IMG/VR virus record: IMGVR_UViG_3300006099_000022 | DNA length: 45,166 nt | Direction: 5' to 3' (one strand) | DNA from: a virus | Shown here: one piece after another, positions 25,677 to 34,568 of the stretch | Position numbering within the stretch: position 1 is the first letter of the stretch | Layout of the letters: the number at the start of each line of letters is the position of its first letter | Translations under genes and position numbers: made by a program | Notes under the pieces: model-generated | The model's input: only the letters and a program-made list of their open reading frames with translations | The model's database searches: none | Told to the model about the DNA's origin: nothing

Positions 25677-26223
25677 TAGCATCTCCTCCCTTAACTCTTG
25701 ATTTATTTGTTGCCGCCGCTGGCTTTCTGGTATCCTCGGGAACCAAAGTAGAAGCATGAAAGCTGTCCAACTTGTTCATTATCTCTGCGTATTTGTCCTG
25801 TAAAGCGTCATATTCTTTCCGAGTGACATATTTATTGTCTAAGTCTTCCGGAATGCTCTGCGCGGCTCGTGGCGCCCCCTGCGGCATATTCTGTTGAGCA
25901 TTTCTTTCTTTATAATCAAATATCCTTAATGGAAGCGGCATACCAGAGCTATCCGTTGATTTTAGGTAAAAAACTTGGCTCTCACTGTCCATCAGAAGAA
26001 CCGTCGTGTTCGGCGCTACCAGGTAAGAACGTGCTGCTGCCTCCCCCTGCACCCATAAAAGCCCTTGATTAGTCTGGGGAGGATGTGCTGCCTGTTGTAT
26101 TTGTGGCAATTGGTATTGCTGTGCCTGTAACTGCGCCAAACGATCCATAGGAGGTTGTACCTGCGGCATGGCTGTCTGATAATATTGACTATAATAATTG
26201 GGATTTACAAAAGGCTGCGGCAT
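25669..26223 (-). CDS. Hypothetical protein with a Q/P-rich N-terminus
   Basis: The start MPQPFVNPNYY is preceded by a GGAGGAG RBS. The ORF is 184 aa. Confidence 0.55.
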   Translation of the reverse strand: MPQPFVNPNYYSQYYQTAMPQVQPPMDRLAQLQAQQYQLPQIQQAAHPPQTNQGLLWVQGEAAARSYLVAPNTTVLLMDSESQVFYLKSTDSSGMPLPLRIFDYKERNAQQNMPQGAPRAAQSIPEDLDNKYVTRKEYDALQDKYAEIMNKLDSFHASTLVPEDTRKPAAATNKSRVKGGDANE

Positions 26224-26317
26224 ATCTGCTCCTCCATTCTTTTTTCTGTCTATATTTTCGCATAAAAATAAGGCGCATACCATTTCAGATATGCGCCAGA
26301 ATAATCTCTCTAAAGTG

Positions 26318-26518
26318 TCACAAAACTCTCAATATTTTTCTTTTCATATTTTTATTGATCCGGTTCACCGTGGAAAGGCTGCAATTCATGCGTTCCGAGC
26401 ATTCTTCCAATGGAACCTCTTTATTTCTCAAATCAAACAAACATTCCTCTCGCGGTGTCAGATTTGCGTTTCTCTTAATATATTCTATCTCTGCACCGAC
26501 AAAATCAGGTATTCTCAA
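26318..26518 (-). CDS. Small sigma-70 region-4-like / LuxR-type HTH regulator
   Basis: The HTH pattern is LTPREECLFDLRNKEVPLEECSERMNCSLSTVNRINKNMKRKI. Confidence 0.4.
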   Translation of the reverse strand: MRIPDFVGAEIEYIKRNANLTPREECLFDLRNKEVPLEECSERMNCSLSTVNRINKNMKRKILRVL

Positions 26519-26538
26519 TCAAGCACCTCTATTTCTGC

Positions 26539-26865
26539 TTAATTCTGGTCCCCTTTGATTTCTTCTTGCTGGATTTCTTGCGTTTCCGCGCTGCTACTTT
26601 CGCCATTAAAAATTCCTCCTGCATTGTCTCCGCCGACATAATTGGCGTTTCCATCGCCCGCTCCGCTGTCAACAACCACAGTATCAAACTGGCTCCATTG
26701 ATATATATGATATATGTTAGTTGCGGCCAGGAGCACCACTAAAATAGCGATAAGGATCCACTGCAGTTTGATTACCGCTTTCACTTCGTGCAAAAGCTCT
26801 GACGCTAAATTCTCATGCTGCTCGGCAATTTTTTCTTCTAGCTCATCCATCTCAAAATCCTCCAT
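26539..26865 (-). CDS. Single-pass membrane protein
   Basis: The TM segment WILIAILVVLLAATNIY is flanked by acidic ends. Confidence 0.5.
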   Translation of the reverse strand: MEDFEMDELEEKIAEQHENLASELLHEVKAVIKLQWILIAILVVLLAATNIYHIYQWSQFDTVVVDSGAGDGNANYVGGDNAGGIFNGESSSAETQEIQQEEIKGDQN

Positions 26866-27160
26866 TCAACAAATATCCAACAACCGCGCCAATAATGGCA
26901 GCTATTGCAGATGTTACTGCGCTGTTCCAGTTCCTTCCTGGCGCGGCCTTTAATTCTTCCAGCACTTTACTCATTTCTTCGATCTTCCGCATGATATTAT
27001 TATACTTTTCATCGGTGCGGGCTTCAAAATTTTCAAGCTGGCCAAAGCGCTTATAAAACTCTCCATGCTGGATACTGTTACGCTCCATGTCCTTTTCCAG
27101 CTCGGCGACGCGCTGTTCCAACATACAATGTTCACATGTCATATTCTTACCGCCTATCAT
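26852..27160 (-). CDS. XhlA-like protein (coiled coil plus C-terminal TM)
   Basis: The architecture is CEHC...VAELEKDMERN...coiled coil...VTSAIAAIIGAVVGYLL. The start is either 27160 or 27142. Confidence 0.4.
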   Translation of the reverse strand: MIGGKNMTCEHCMLEQRVAELEKDMERNSIQHGEFYKRFGQLENFEARTDEKYNNIMRKIEEMSKVLEELKAAPGRNWNSAVTSAIAAIIGAVVGYLLNGGF

Positions 27161-27161
27161 A

Positions 27162-27530
27162 TCAAATTTTTTCCCAATAGTAAATAGGGATTTCTCCGCC
27201 GCTATCCCAGGAATCATAATATATTCCGTCCACCGCCGTGACTACATGGCCATCGCAGCCCAAAACATATACGCCTATTGGATGGTCCTTACAGAATTCT
27301 TCGATTGTGTACTTTCTTTCCGGGAGGCGCCTTGCAAATCCACGCCGCTCCAAATATTCTCCCCAAATATGATTTGCAGAGGGCATGTCGGCCCCCATAA
27401 AGCCGTAGAGGGATAGGCCAACATACACATATTCCCAATCTTTGTCTATGGCCTTGCAGATAGCCCGGACAGGGCAATCCCCGGTTCGGCTGTGGTGGGG
27501 GTTGGGGTTGTAGGGTTGCCATCTACTCAT
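27162..27530 (-). CDS. Conserved Cys/His protein, possibly papain-fold peptidase-like
   Basis: A 122-aa ORF containing GDCPVRAICKA, GCDGHVVTAVDG and YDSWDSG. The function is not established. Confidence 0.35.
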   Translation of the reverse strand: MSRWQPYNPNPHHSRTGDCPVRAICKAIDKDWEYVYVGLSLYGFMGADMPSANHIWGEYLERRGFARRLPERKYTIEEFCKDHPIGVYVLGCDGHVVTAVDGIYYDSWDSGGEIPIYYWEKI

Positions 27531-27660
27531 GTTTCTTACACTCCTTACATACCCACGCCAAAATAATCATCAATATGATAAAAGTAAACGGATGTGTAAA
27601 ACTTGCGACCAAAATCGCTAACATACAAAAATCAATTATGCCTAATATCACTGTTATCAT
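27520..27660 (-). CDS. Small two-TM holin-like peptide (46 aa, below the ORF-track cutoff)
   Basis: The translation is MITVILGIIDFCMLAILVASFTHPFTFIILMIILAWVCKECKKHE. The start overlaps the gp7-like stop as ATGA. Confidence 0.45.
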
Positions 27661-28922
27661 TTCTTCTCCTTCTCATACCGTCTCGCCGCCCCTACTGCTT
27701 TCGCCGCCTCTTTCCGGCTCCACCGCGCAATCTGCAGCCTCTCCGGCTGTGTCCTTAAATCATTGTCCCGGCAGAAATCGTTATACTCCTTATTTTGCTT
27801 ATTTAGCAGATGGGATTTTCGGTCAAGGTCTTGCTGGAGGGAGAATTTCAGGTTATCGTCCTGACACTTGTCTACGGCCTCCTGCATACCCATGACCTCC
27901 CGTTTGGTTTTCCTGATTCGCCGTTCCAAAGCCCTTTGGCGCTGCTCTAACTTCTCTACCCGCACATTATCGGCGGTCTGTATGTCCTTATATGGGTTGT
28001 CCCTCGGGTCTCCTGTGCCACTCCCGAAGCTATGCCGGCAGTTCCAACCACTCAGGCCTTCCCCCGTCCCATATCCGGTCACAGAGAACGGCGGGAAGCG
28101 TTTATCTCTTCCGGTACGGCTGTAATACTGCCCTTGCCACCACAAATGATTGCCCGGGTTTTGTCCGCCGTCTCCCGTTCTGGCCCCGATATGGGCAGAG
28201 ACAAGGATAATATCCCAGTCCATTTCCTCCATGCGTGTCATCGCGATGTCTCCGGCAGCCTGCCCCACACCAGTCCTCACAACCATAGCAGTCGCTGCCT
28301 CTATGGTCATTTTCCTGCCACTTGGATACCGCACATACACACCTTCTGTCACTATGCTTTCAAGCGCCTCTCTGACCGCCTGATTATAGGCTACAGCGCC
28401 GCTTGAGACCTTATGGTATGCCATATCGCACTCATTGATAAAAAGCCGCTGTGCGGCCTCTGCGGTGGTTCTGGTATAGTTTTGCCATTCACCTAGTGTG
28501 GCATTGTAGTTGCGCTCCATGAGCCTGACCAGGTGAGGGGACTCCCATAGGGGGATCGGGGAAAGGCCAGCCGCCTCATAAATTGCATGATCATAGGCCA
28601 GTGCTTTGATTCCGGCGTCCTGCATAGCTGCCATAATCTCTTTCTGCTGCAACTTTGTATATTGGGAGAGCTCTTTGGTGATGTCCTCCAGAAGATATCC
28701 AGCGTCTTGCAATATCTGAATACGCCAACGATCGGAAGAAGTCAAGAGGTATTTGTCACCACGGCCCAAACGAATCATCATGCGGTCTATGATCTGTCTG
28801 ATTATGTACTCGTGAATCTGGGAGGCGATCTGCTCGCTACCTTCTGCGATTTTGGAGAGATAATCAGGATTCAGCATTAACAGCAGCTCCTCGCAAGCCA
28901 AGTATGGCGTGTCATTTTCCAT
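27657..28922 (-). CDS. Head morphogenesis protein, SPP1 gp7 / Mu F-like
   Basis: A 421-aa ORF with GNHLWWQGQYY...GWNCRHSF. It lies downstream of the portal gene. Confidence 0.8.
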   Translation of the reverse strand: MENDTPYLACEELLLMLNPDYLSKIAEGSEQIASQIHEYIIRQIIDRMMIRLGRGDKYLLTSSDRWRIQILQDAGYLLEDITKELSQYTKLQQKEIMAAMQDAGIKALAYDHAIYEAAGLSPIPLWESPHLVRLMERNYNATLGEWQNYTRTTAEAAQRLFINECDMAYHKVSSGAVAYNQAVREALESIVTEGVYVRYPSGRKMTIEAATAMVVRTGVGQAAGDIAMTRMEEMDWDIILVSAHIGARTGDGGQNPGNHLWWQGQYYSRTGRDKRFPPFSVTGYGTGEGLSGWNCRHSFGSGTGDPRDNPYKDIQTADNVRVEKLEQRQRALERRIRKTKREVMGMQEAVDKCQDDNLKFSLQQDLDRKSHLLNKQNKEYNDFCRDNDLRTQPERLQIARWSRKEAAKAVGAARRYEKEKK

Positions 28923-29227
28923 AGTTTACACATTTGCAAACCAGTACATTTGCTTAAAATTTTTACAAACTTATAGCGTATTGATACCGGATAATTGTAA
29001 ACATCTCTTATGGTTTCAATGAACATTTTCACACTATCCACAGCATCGATAAATTTTTCAGCTAATATGCTCCATGCTTTCGATATCTTATCACCAATTT
29101 TATTTATGCACTCCAACACATTTTCGATGTGCTTTTTTGCATTATAAAGAGTTCTCTTGAACTCAATGATTGACATTCCTTTGGATTCAATCACTTCTCT
29201 ATGCTTTTCTTCAAGACAAATAATCAC
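28877..29227 (-). CDS. Hypothetical protein (AT-rich insert between the portal and gp7-like genes)
   Basis: A GTG start lies 6 nt after AAGGAGG. The ORF is 116 aa and overlaps the gp7-like start by 46 nt. Confidence 0.45.
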   Translation of the reverse strand: MIICLEEKHREVIESKGMSIIEFKRTLYNAKKHIENVLECINKIGDKISKAWSILAEKFIDAVDSVKMFIETIRDVYNYPVSIRYKFVKILSKCTGLQMCKLWKMTRHTWLARSCC

Positions 29228-29228
29228 A

Positions 29229-30677
29229 CTATTCCTCCTTAAAAAATTCAGATTCTTCCTTCAGCTGTGCTTCTTCCACTAATTTTTTAGCTTCCTGCTC
29301 TGTCATTCCTTCAAATTTTACAAAATAAAGCCACGCCGGCATTTTATTCTGTATGGTGTAATTCCACCAGTTCGCTCGATCCTCCTCCCGATTATACAGG
29401 ATATCGCCAAAATTAAAATTAGTCTGTTCTTTCAGTCCGGTTCCGTCCTCTGTCTCCCACATCTCCGCCGGTATGGTTGTGTAAAGGTCCGCCATGACGT
29501 TAAGCCCATACATCAAATTTTGCAGGCAATCCCGCAAAGCGTCACGGATATTTTTGATCGTCTGTATGGTCTCTTGGTCATCAGCCTCAACCTGTGTGGC
29601 CGTCATTATGCCAGTTTTCTCGTCCAACACAAAAAAGCCTTGAGAAAATCCGCACTTTGTGGATATCATAGCCAGTATGGAGTTAATGTCTTTGATTCTC
29701 TGTTCGGTCAGGAGAGTGGATACATGCTCATGGATACTGTTATCTGCATCAACGCCTACCCCCATCTCTACGCCTTTAACCCAACGTGGCAACTGTGTAC
29801 GCCGCTGATCCGCGTATTTGATAGTGGATTGAGGAAGAAATGTCATGTGCTTGCTGTCCCAAACCTCTCCAGACTTCCGGCCCCACGCCACATCCAGATC
29901 CTTTAATTCTTTGATCGCGTTGTGCCAGATAGGGACTCCCAGAGGGCTTGAGCGATCTATCCGGTTTGGCGTCGGATTCTTGAAGTAAGCAAAGAGCGGA
30001 TGGTCTATATTTTCCAATGCCACATCTGGCTCTATACCCGCCCACTCCCGCACTTCAGATAGCTTACAGATGTCTCCTGGACTGTTGTAAAGGGTATTGA
30101 TCCCCCTTTTTTTATAACAGTAGTTGGTGATCCGATAAATGCGCCGTTCTTCTCCGTTCTCACCTGCCATATCTTCAAACCGGTGCCATTCCAATCGGGT
30201 ATATGTCCAGTCCTTGCGCTGAACCTGACTCTGGAATACGCAGCCTAGGATATTTCCGTTGCTGTCTGTTTCCGTTGGAGCAAAGTTCCCTGGCTCTATG
30301 TAATCCACATTCTTACCGTTTGGCTTAAACATGAGGCCGCAGTTTCCAATAGCCTCTGACACCTTATCATTTATTACCTGGAGGATATAATCAGCCTGCT
30401 TTTGCAGATACTTCCCGCGTGGAGTGTCCGGCAACTCAATGCCAAGATCCAGCGTAACCAGCTTTGCGGTCACGTCGTCGATAAATCCGGCAAAGTTTAT
30501 GCTTTCAATATCGTCTTCCACATCTTCCCAGGATGGGCGGCCGCTGGTGATGTCGTAGAACCTGCCGATATATGACTCCATTGTGTCAGATAGAAGGATA
30601 TCGGCGCCAAACCGCTCCTTGATCTCTCTTTTAAACAATTTGTTCCACACCGCCTTTATCCATGTAATCAGTCCCAT
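29229..30677 (-). CDS. Portal protein
   Basis: A 482-aa ORF downstream of TerL with an acidic C-terminus. Confidence 0.8.
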   Translation of the reverse strand: MGLITWIKAVWNKLFKREIKERFGADILLSDTMESYIGRFYDITSGRPSWEDVEDDIESINFAGFIDDVTAKLVTLDLGIELPDTPRGKYLQKQADYILQVINDKVSEAIGNCGLMFKPNGKNVDYIEPGNFAPTETDSNGNILGCVFQSQVQRKDWTYTRLEWHRFEDMAGENGEERRIYRITNYCYKKRGINTLYNSPGDICKLSEVREWAGIEPDVALENIDHPLFAYFKNPTPNRIDRSSPLGVPIWHNAIKELKDLDVAWGRKSGEVWDSKHMTFLPQSTIKYADQRRTQLPRWVKGVEMGVGVDADNSIHEHVSTLLTEQRIKDINSILAMISTKCGFSQGFFVLDEKTGIMTATQVEADDQETIQTIKNIRDALRDCLQNLMYGLNVMADLYTTIPAEMWETEDGTGLKEQTNFNFGDILYNREEDRANWWNYTIQNKMPAWLYFVKFEGMTEQEAKKLVEEAQLKEESEFFKEE

Positions 30678-30687
30678 TTAATCACCA

Positions 30688-30903
30688 TTAACAATATCTG
30701 TCTTTCATGTTATGTAATAAACAATATGTCCTGTCATTCCAACGCTTTACAGCGATTTCTTTTGTATCATACCATTCTCTCACGCAATCAGCGGTGAAGT
30801 TTCCTTGAATTACATGGTACTTTCCATCTCTTTTTGCAATCTTTGGTTTGCCGCCGTAAAGCGGATTTAGGGTAATATCTAACTTTTTCATCAATACATC
30901 CAC
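30688..30903 (-). CDS. Hypothetical small protein
   Basis: A 71-aa ORF between the TerL and portal genes. Confidence 0.45.
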   Translation of the reverse strand: MDVLMKKLDITLNPLYGGKPKIAKRDGKYHVIQGNFTADCVREWYDTKEIAVKRWNDRTYCLLHNMKDRYC

Positions 30904-32270
30904 CTCAACCGTCTCCGCAGGAACGTATAGCAGTAATACCGTATATCGTCCATTGCGTGGTCATTTTCCTTAATCACGGCGTCTTCTTCATTGTCCTCAT
31001 CCCAACAGTACAGGCCAAACTCATTGATACTATTCTCGCAGCTTTCATGTATCTGAATCATTCCTTTATTCAGGAATGTGGTTACTACTCTGATTCCGTC
31101 TAAAACGTCATTGTCCGCAGCCTTTACCACATACTTGGCATATTTCTTTATGACTTCGATAAAGGAAGCGGCAGACGGGTCTACAATAATAAATTCTACC
31201 TGCCTGTCTCCTATCATTTCGTCCATCATTTTATAATAGGCTTCATCGTCAACCCGCTTCCCTTTCTCTCGGCTGTCATAGTATATCTCCTGCTCCCTTA
31301 TGGACTTTCTCCCGTCAAACGCCCAGAGACCGCAGGAGAACGGGTTTGCCGTTCCGTAGTCCACAGATACGATGTACTCATGTGGCCTTTTCATGCGTTC
31401 CTTGGTGACGTGCTTCTCCTCATCAAACATGGAGTAGACAAGGCCCTCAGCAACACACCAAATCCCCTCTATGTATCGTTTAAAAAATACGCCCACATAC
31501 ATACCACGGTAGCGGGCTTTTATCTTCTCGGAAAGAGAAAGATTATCGTCCATCGTGAAATGGAGATAGAGGATATTTTTCAGCGTCTCCCCTTCGCTTG
31601 TTCTCCTTGCTGATTCTTCTTTTCCGAGAAACCCGGTGGACTTATCAATCCACTTGACTTTGAACCAATGCCGCGGGTTATCCGGGTTGCAGTTAAACCA
31701 GAACTTGGAACCGTCCACCGAACACCGCCCGGTTGCCTGATTTACGAAGGACTCTGGCATAAGGGCTACTTCATCAAAGAACATTCCTGCCAGAGTGATG
31801 CCCTGTATTAAGTCCTGGGAGCGTTCGTCTTTTCCGCCGAATATGTAAAAATAGTTTGTTACTCCGCCTTTGCTGACGATCAGAAGATTGTCTGATCTAT
31901 GATCCTTAACATCAAACTTCCGACTCCGCAACATCAGTTTCAGCCAGAAAAGCACGTTCCGTCGGAAAGAGCCGATGGTCTTCCCGGCCATACCAAAGTT
32001 CTGCTGATTGAAGGTACTCATGGCCCACAGGACATAGGACAGGGACATGGAGAGCGTCTTTCCACTTCGGATTGCTCCGTCTGCTATGATACCATCCATA
32101 TCCTTGACCAGACTTTCAGGGCACCACCATGTGAGGACCTTTTTCTGTTTGATGGAGAAGGGCTGGAAAACAAACCCCTGCTTCTTTGCCTTTTCCTTCA
32201 TGACGGCGGCGCGCTTCATAATGCCTTTGCGGATATTCTCTATCCGCTGTTCAATGTTGTTCAGGCTCAT
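30891..32270 (-). CDS. terL: Terminase large subunit
   Basis: A 459-aa ORF with Walker A DGAIRSGKT and a C-terminal nuclease-type region. Confidence 0.9.
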   Translation of the reverse strand: MSLNNIEQRIENIRKGIMKRAAVMKEKAKKQGFVFQPFSIKQKKVLTWWCPESLVKDMDGIIADGAIRSGKTLSMSLSYVLWAMSTFNQQNFGMAGKTIGSFRRNVLFWLKLMLRSRKFDVKDHRSDNLLIVSKGGVTNYFYIFGGKDERSQDLIQGITLAGMFFDEVALMPESFVNQATGRCSVDGSKFWFNCNPDNPRHWFKVKWIDKSTGFLGKEESARRTSEGETLKNILYLHFTMDDNLSLSEKIKARYRGMYVGVFFKRYIEGIWCVAEGLVYSMFDEEKHVTKERMKRPHEYIVSVDYGTANPFSCGLWAFDGRKSIREQEIYYDSREKGKRVDDEAYYKMMDEMIGDRQVEFIIVDPSAASFIEVIKKYAKYVVKAADNDVLDGIRVVTTFLNKGMIQIHESCENSINEFGLYCWDEDNEEDAVIKENDHAMDDIRYYCYTFLRRRLRWMY

Positions 32271-32757
32271 TCCATACCTCTCGCGCAGAGGCGTTCAAAG
32301 CGTCAAGGAAGTTGTCTTCTGCATCTTCTTCTGACGCACTGTCCTTCATCTGACTTTCAATTTTTAGAAGTTCGATTTCCAGCTTCTTTTCCTTCAGCCC
32401 GCTTTCTGCCGGTTGGGTCACAAATTTGTCAATCACGATTCCCATAGCCGTGGCGATTTGCTGTATCGGCGTCTTTTTCAGCTTTTCTGGATCCAATAAC
32501 GCCTCCAAATACCTGTTTATGATTACTTTTGCCTGCTCTTTTCTGGACTCCATATATTCCAACATTTCGGCGGTATTTTGCTCTTTTTTTTGTGCGCATT
32601 GCTGCGCAACCTGCGCATTTTCATTGCATATTTTTTTTACAGTGTTATCTGATATTCCAAATTTTCTTGCTGTTGCTCGGTAGCTCCCAGACTCCACATA
32701 ATCAGCTATTATCATTTTTTTCTGTCCATCTGTAAGTCTAGCAGCCACTTTCACCAC
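32251..32757 (-). CDS. terS: Terminase small subunit
   Basis: A 168-aa ORF with N-terminal HTH SYRATARKFGISDNTVKK. It overlaps the TerL start. Confidence 0.75.
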   Translation of the reverse strand: MVKVAARLTDGQKKMIIADYVESGSYRATARKFGISDNTVKKICNENAQVAQQCAQKKEQNTAEMLEYMESRKEQAKVIINRYLEALLDPEKLKKTPIQQIATAMGIVIDKFVTQPAESGLKEKKLEIELLKIESQMKDSASEEDAEDNFLDALNASAREVWNEPEQH

Positions 32758-32787
32758 CTCTCAATTCCAAATATCAGGATGCACGTT

Positions 32788-32827
32788 TCTCCGTCCCAAC
32801 TATATTTTATCATGGTCGGGGCGGAGA
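32788..32827. promoter_or_regulatory. Long imperfect hairpin / inverted repeat upstream of terS
   Basis: TCTCCGTCCCAAC (32788-32800) pairs with GTCGGGGCGGAGA (32815-32827) at 12 of 13 positions. The 14-nt loop contains TGATAAAAT on the minus strand. Confidence 0.45.
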
Positions 32828-32858
32828 AGTGGTGACACATTTTAGTGATTTCCTATTT

Positions 32859-33158
32859 TCATTTTTCCTGCCATATCCCTAGAATTTTAAGCAAGCGATA
32901 AAATCCTGCCATCGCTTTTCTTTGATAAGCATAAAAGTCCGCTTTTGTTGTAGGTATGTATTCTTTTTTTGATAATGCGTCATATCCTTTTCCAGTTGTC
33001 AAACTGCCATATACATATTTTTCAATTCCAGGCGCAGATGATACTATCGCATGCCATAGCAATTCTTTATATTCCGGATCTTTGCAATATGCCTTAAGCC
33101 TCCCTATATCTTCCATAGGCACTCCATGATCTGTCATTTTTTTCTGCCGATTTCTCAA
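32859..33158 (-). CDS. Hypothetical protein upstream of the terminase genes
   Basis: An ORF of about 99 aa. A TTG at 33158 lies 8 nt after GGAG. The start is uncertain (33167, 33158 or 33137). Confidence 0.45.
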   Translation of the reverse strand: MRNRQKKMTDHGVPMEDIGRLKAYCKDPEYKELLWHAIVSSAPGIEKYVYGSLTTGKGYDALSKKEYIPTTKADFYAYQRKAMAGFYRLLKILGIWQEK

Positions 33159-33169
33159 TCTTATCACTC

Positions 33170-34186
33170 CTATGCAACCCTGCGCCGAATGTTTCGTAAT
33201 GTCTCGGGCGTGGATTGTGCATAATATTGTGCTGTCGTTGCCGGATTTGCATGCCCCATAATTTCTTGTATGCTTCCAAGGTCCGCGCCGGCATTTCTTA
33301 ATTGCATTCCTAACGTTTTCCTAAGCTTATGCGGGTATACGCGGCACTCAATCCCAGCTCTTTTTCCTATAGATTTCAAAAGGCTCCTGATCCCGCAGGT
33401 ATGCATCTGACCATAGGGGGCGCGACTCTGTGGGAACATATATGGGCTTGCTGTTTTTCTTCCCTGCAAATATTCACGCAGGTAATATCTCGAATCTTCG
33501 TCAAGATACAATGTACGATAGCAATCGCTTTTCTCGCTCAAAATGACTATGTCCCCAGTGTTCCATTCTATTTGATCCACCTTGATTTCGATCAGTTCAC
33601 CAACCCTTGCTCCGGTGCTGCGCAAAACCTCTATCAAAGCACGCTCTCTTACATTTTTACAGGCGTCTCGTAAACGGATGATTTCTTCTTTTTGAAAATA
33701 ATCAATTGGCTTTCTTACCATTTTCATCGGATCAATGCTCTCCACTGGATTATCAGCGATCAGTCTGGATTTCCTTAGCCACGCGAAAAAAGCAGATAAG
33801 AACCGGCGTTCATTATTGTATGTAGAAGGCTGTATTTTCTTTTCCCCCTTGTTTTCATACCAGGAAAGATAATTGGATATATCAAATTCAGTCATGGATA
33901 CAAGCGGCTTATGAATAAATGTGAGCAATTTTTTTATGGATAAAAGATAGGCGGCCTTTGTATTATCTTTTATTTTCTTTTTGATAGTAAAAAGCTGTAT
34001 GACATAGCGATTCTTTAAATCTATATCATCTTCCTGGACAGCAGGGAGTGTCGGTATGAGCTGTATGCTGATCGGGAGCATTTCTTTGATTAAAACCTGC
34101 TCTAAAATCTGCAGAGAATCCTTTTCTATGTACATAGACATCTTTACGATTACATTGTTTAAAAAATCTCTTTTTACGGTCTCCAT
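33170..34186 (-). CDS. Second tyrosine recombinase (XerC/D-like)
   Basis: A 338-aa ORF with STGARVGEL (Arg), HKLRKT (HxxR) and GHANPATTAQYY (His..Tyr). The gene is AT-rich. Confidence 0.85.
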   Translation of the reverse strand: METVKRDFLNNVIVKMSMYIEKDSLQILEQVLIKEMLPISIQLIPTLPAVQEDDIDLKNRYVIQLFTIKKKIKDNTKAAYLLSIKKLLTFIHKPLVSMTEFDISNYLSWYENKGEKKIQPSTYNNERRFLSAFFAWLRKSRLIADNPVESIDPMKMVRKPIDYFQKEEIIRLRDACKNVRERALIEVLRSTGARVGELIEIKVDQIEWNTGDIVILSEKSDCYRTLYLDEDSRYYLREYLQGRKTASPYMFPQSRAPYGQMHTCGIRSLLKSIGKRAGIECRVYPHKLRKTLGMQLRNAGADLGSIQEIMGHANPATTAQYYAQSTPETLRNIRRRVA

Positions 34187-34204
34187 ATTCTCTCCTTTCG
34201 CTAT

Positions 34205-34243
34205 TGCTTAAGAATTCAGAATATGCTATACTGTTCTTAAGCA
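34205..34243. promoter_or_regulatory. 10-bp inverted repeat directly upstream of the recombinase gene
   Basis: TGCTTAAGAA (34205-34214) pairs with TTCTTAAGCA (34234-34243) across a 19-bp spacer. Confidence 0.5.
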
Positions 34244-34247
34244 GTTA

Positions 34248-34284
34248 ATGCGGCGACATCATTTTGACGAGTGGGTCGCCGCAT
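34248..34284. other. 10-bp-stem hairpin
   Basis: The stem is ATGCGGCGAC/GTCGCCGCAT with a 17-nt loop. No clear U-run follows on the minus strand. Confidence 0.35.
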
Positions 34285-34289
34285 ATTAT

Positions 34290-34541
34290 TTAAATATCAA
34301 TTACTAAATGAAATGGATCAATTGTTTCGGCAGTCCATAAAAATTTACCGGCCGGTTCAACTTTATCTCCATCATCATCAATGATTTGGAATTCTGGGCG
34401 TTCCGCCATAAGCGTTCCTTTTTCAATGCAGCAGATACTCCCTGGAATAATTCTAAATCTACATGAGCGATCATTGATCCGTTTGACCATTACTGCGGCC
34501 CGTTTTTCTTCAATAGGATATATATTCTTTTCTATTTTCAA
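34290..34541 (-). CDS. Hypothetical protein
   Basis: An 83-aa ORF. Confidence 0.45.
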   Translation of the reverse strand: MKIEKNIYPIEEKRAAVMVKRINDRSCRFRIIPGSICCIEKGTLMAERPEFQIIDDDGDKVEPAGKFLWTAETIDPFHLVIDI

Positions 34542-34568
34542 TTTTCTCCTTTCTCTCTGTGAATTTCC

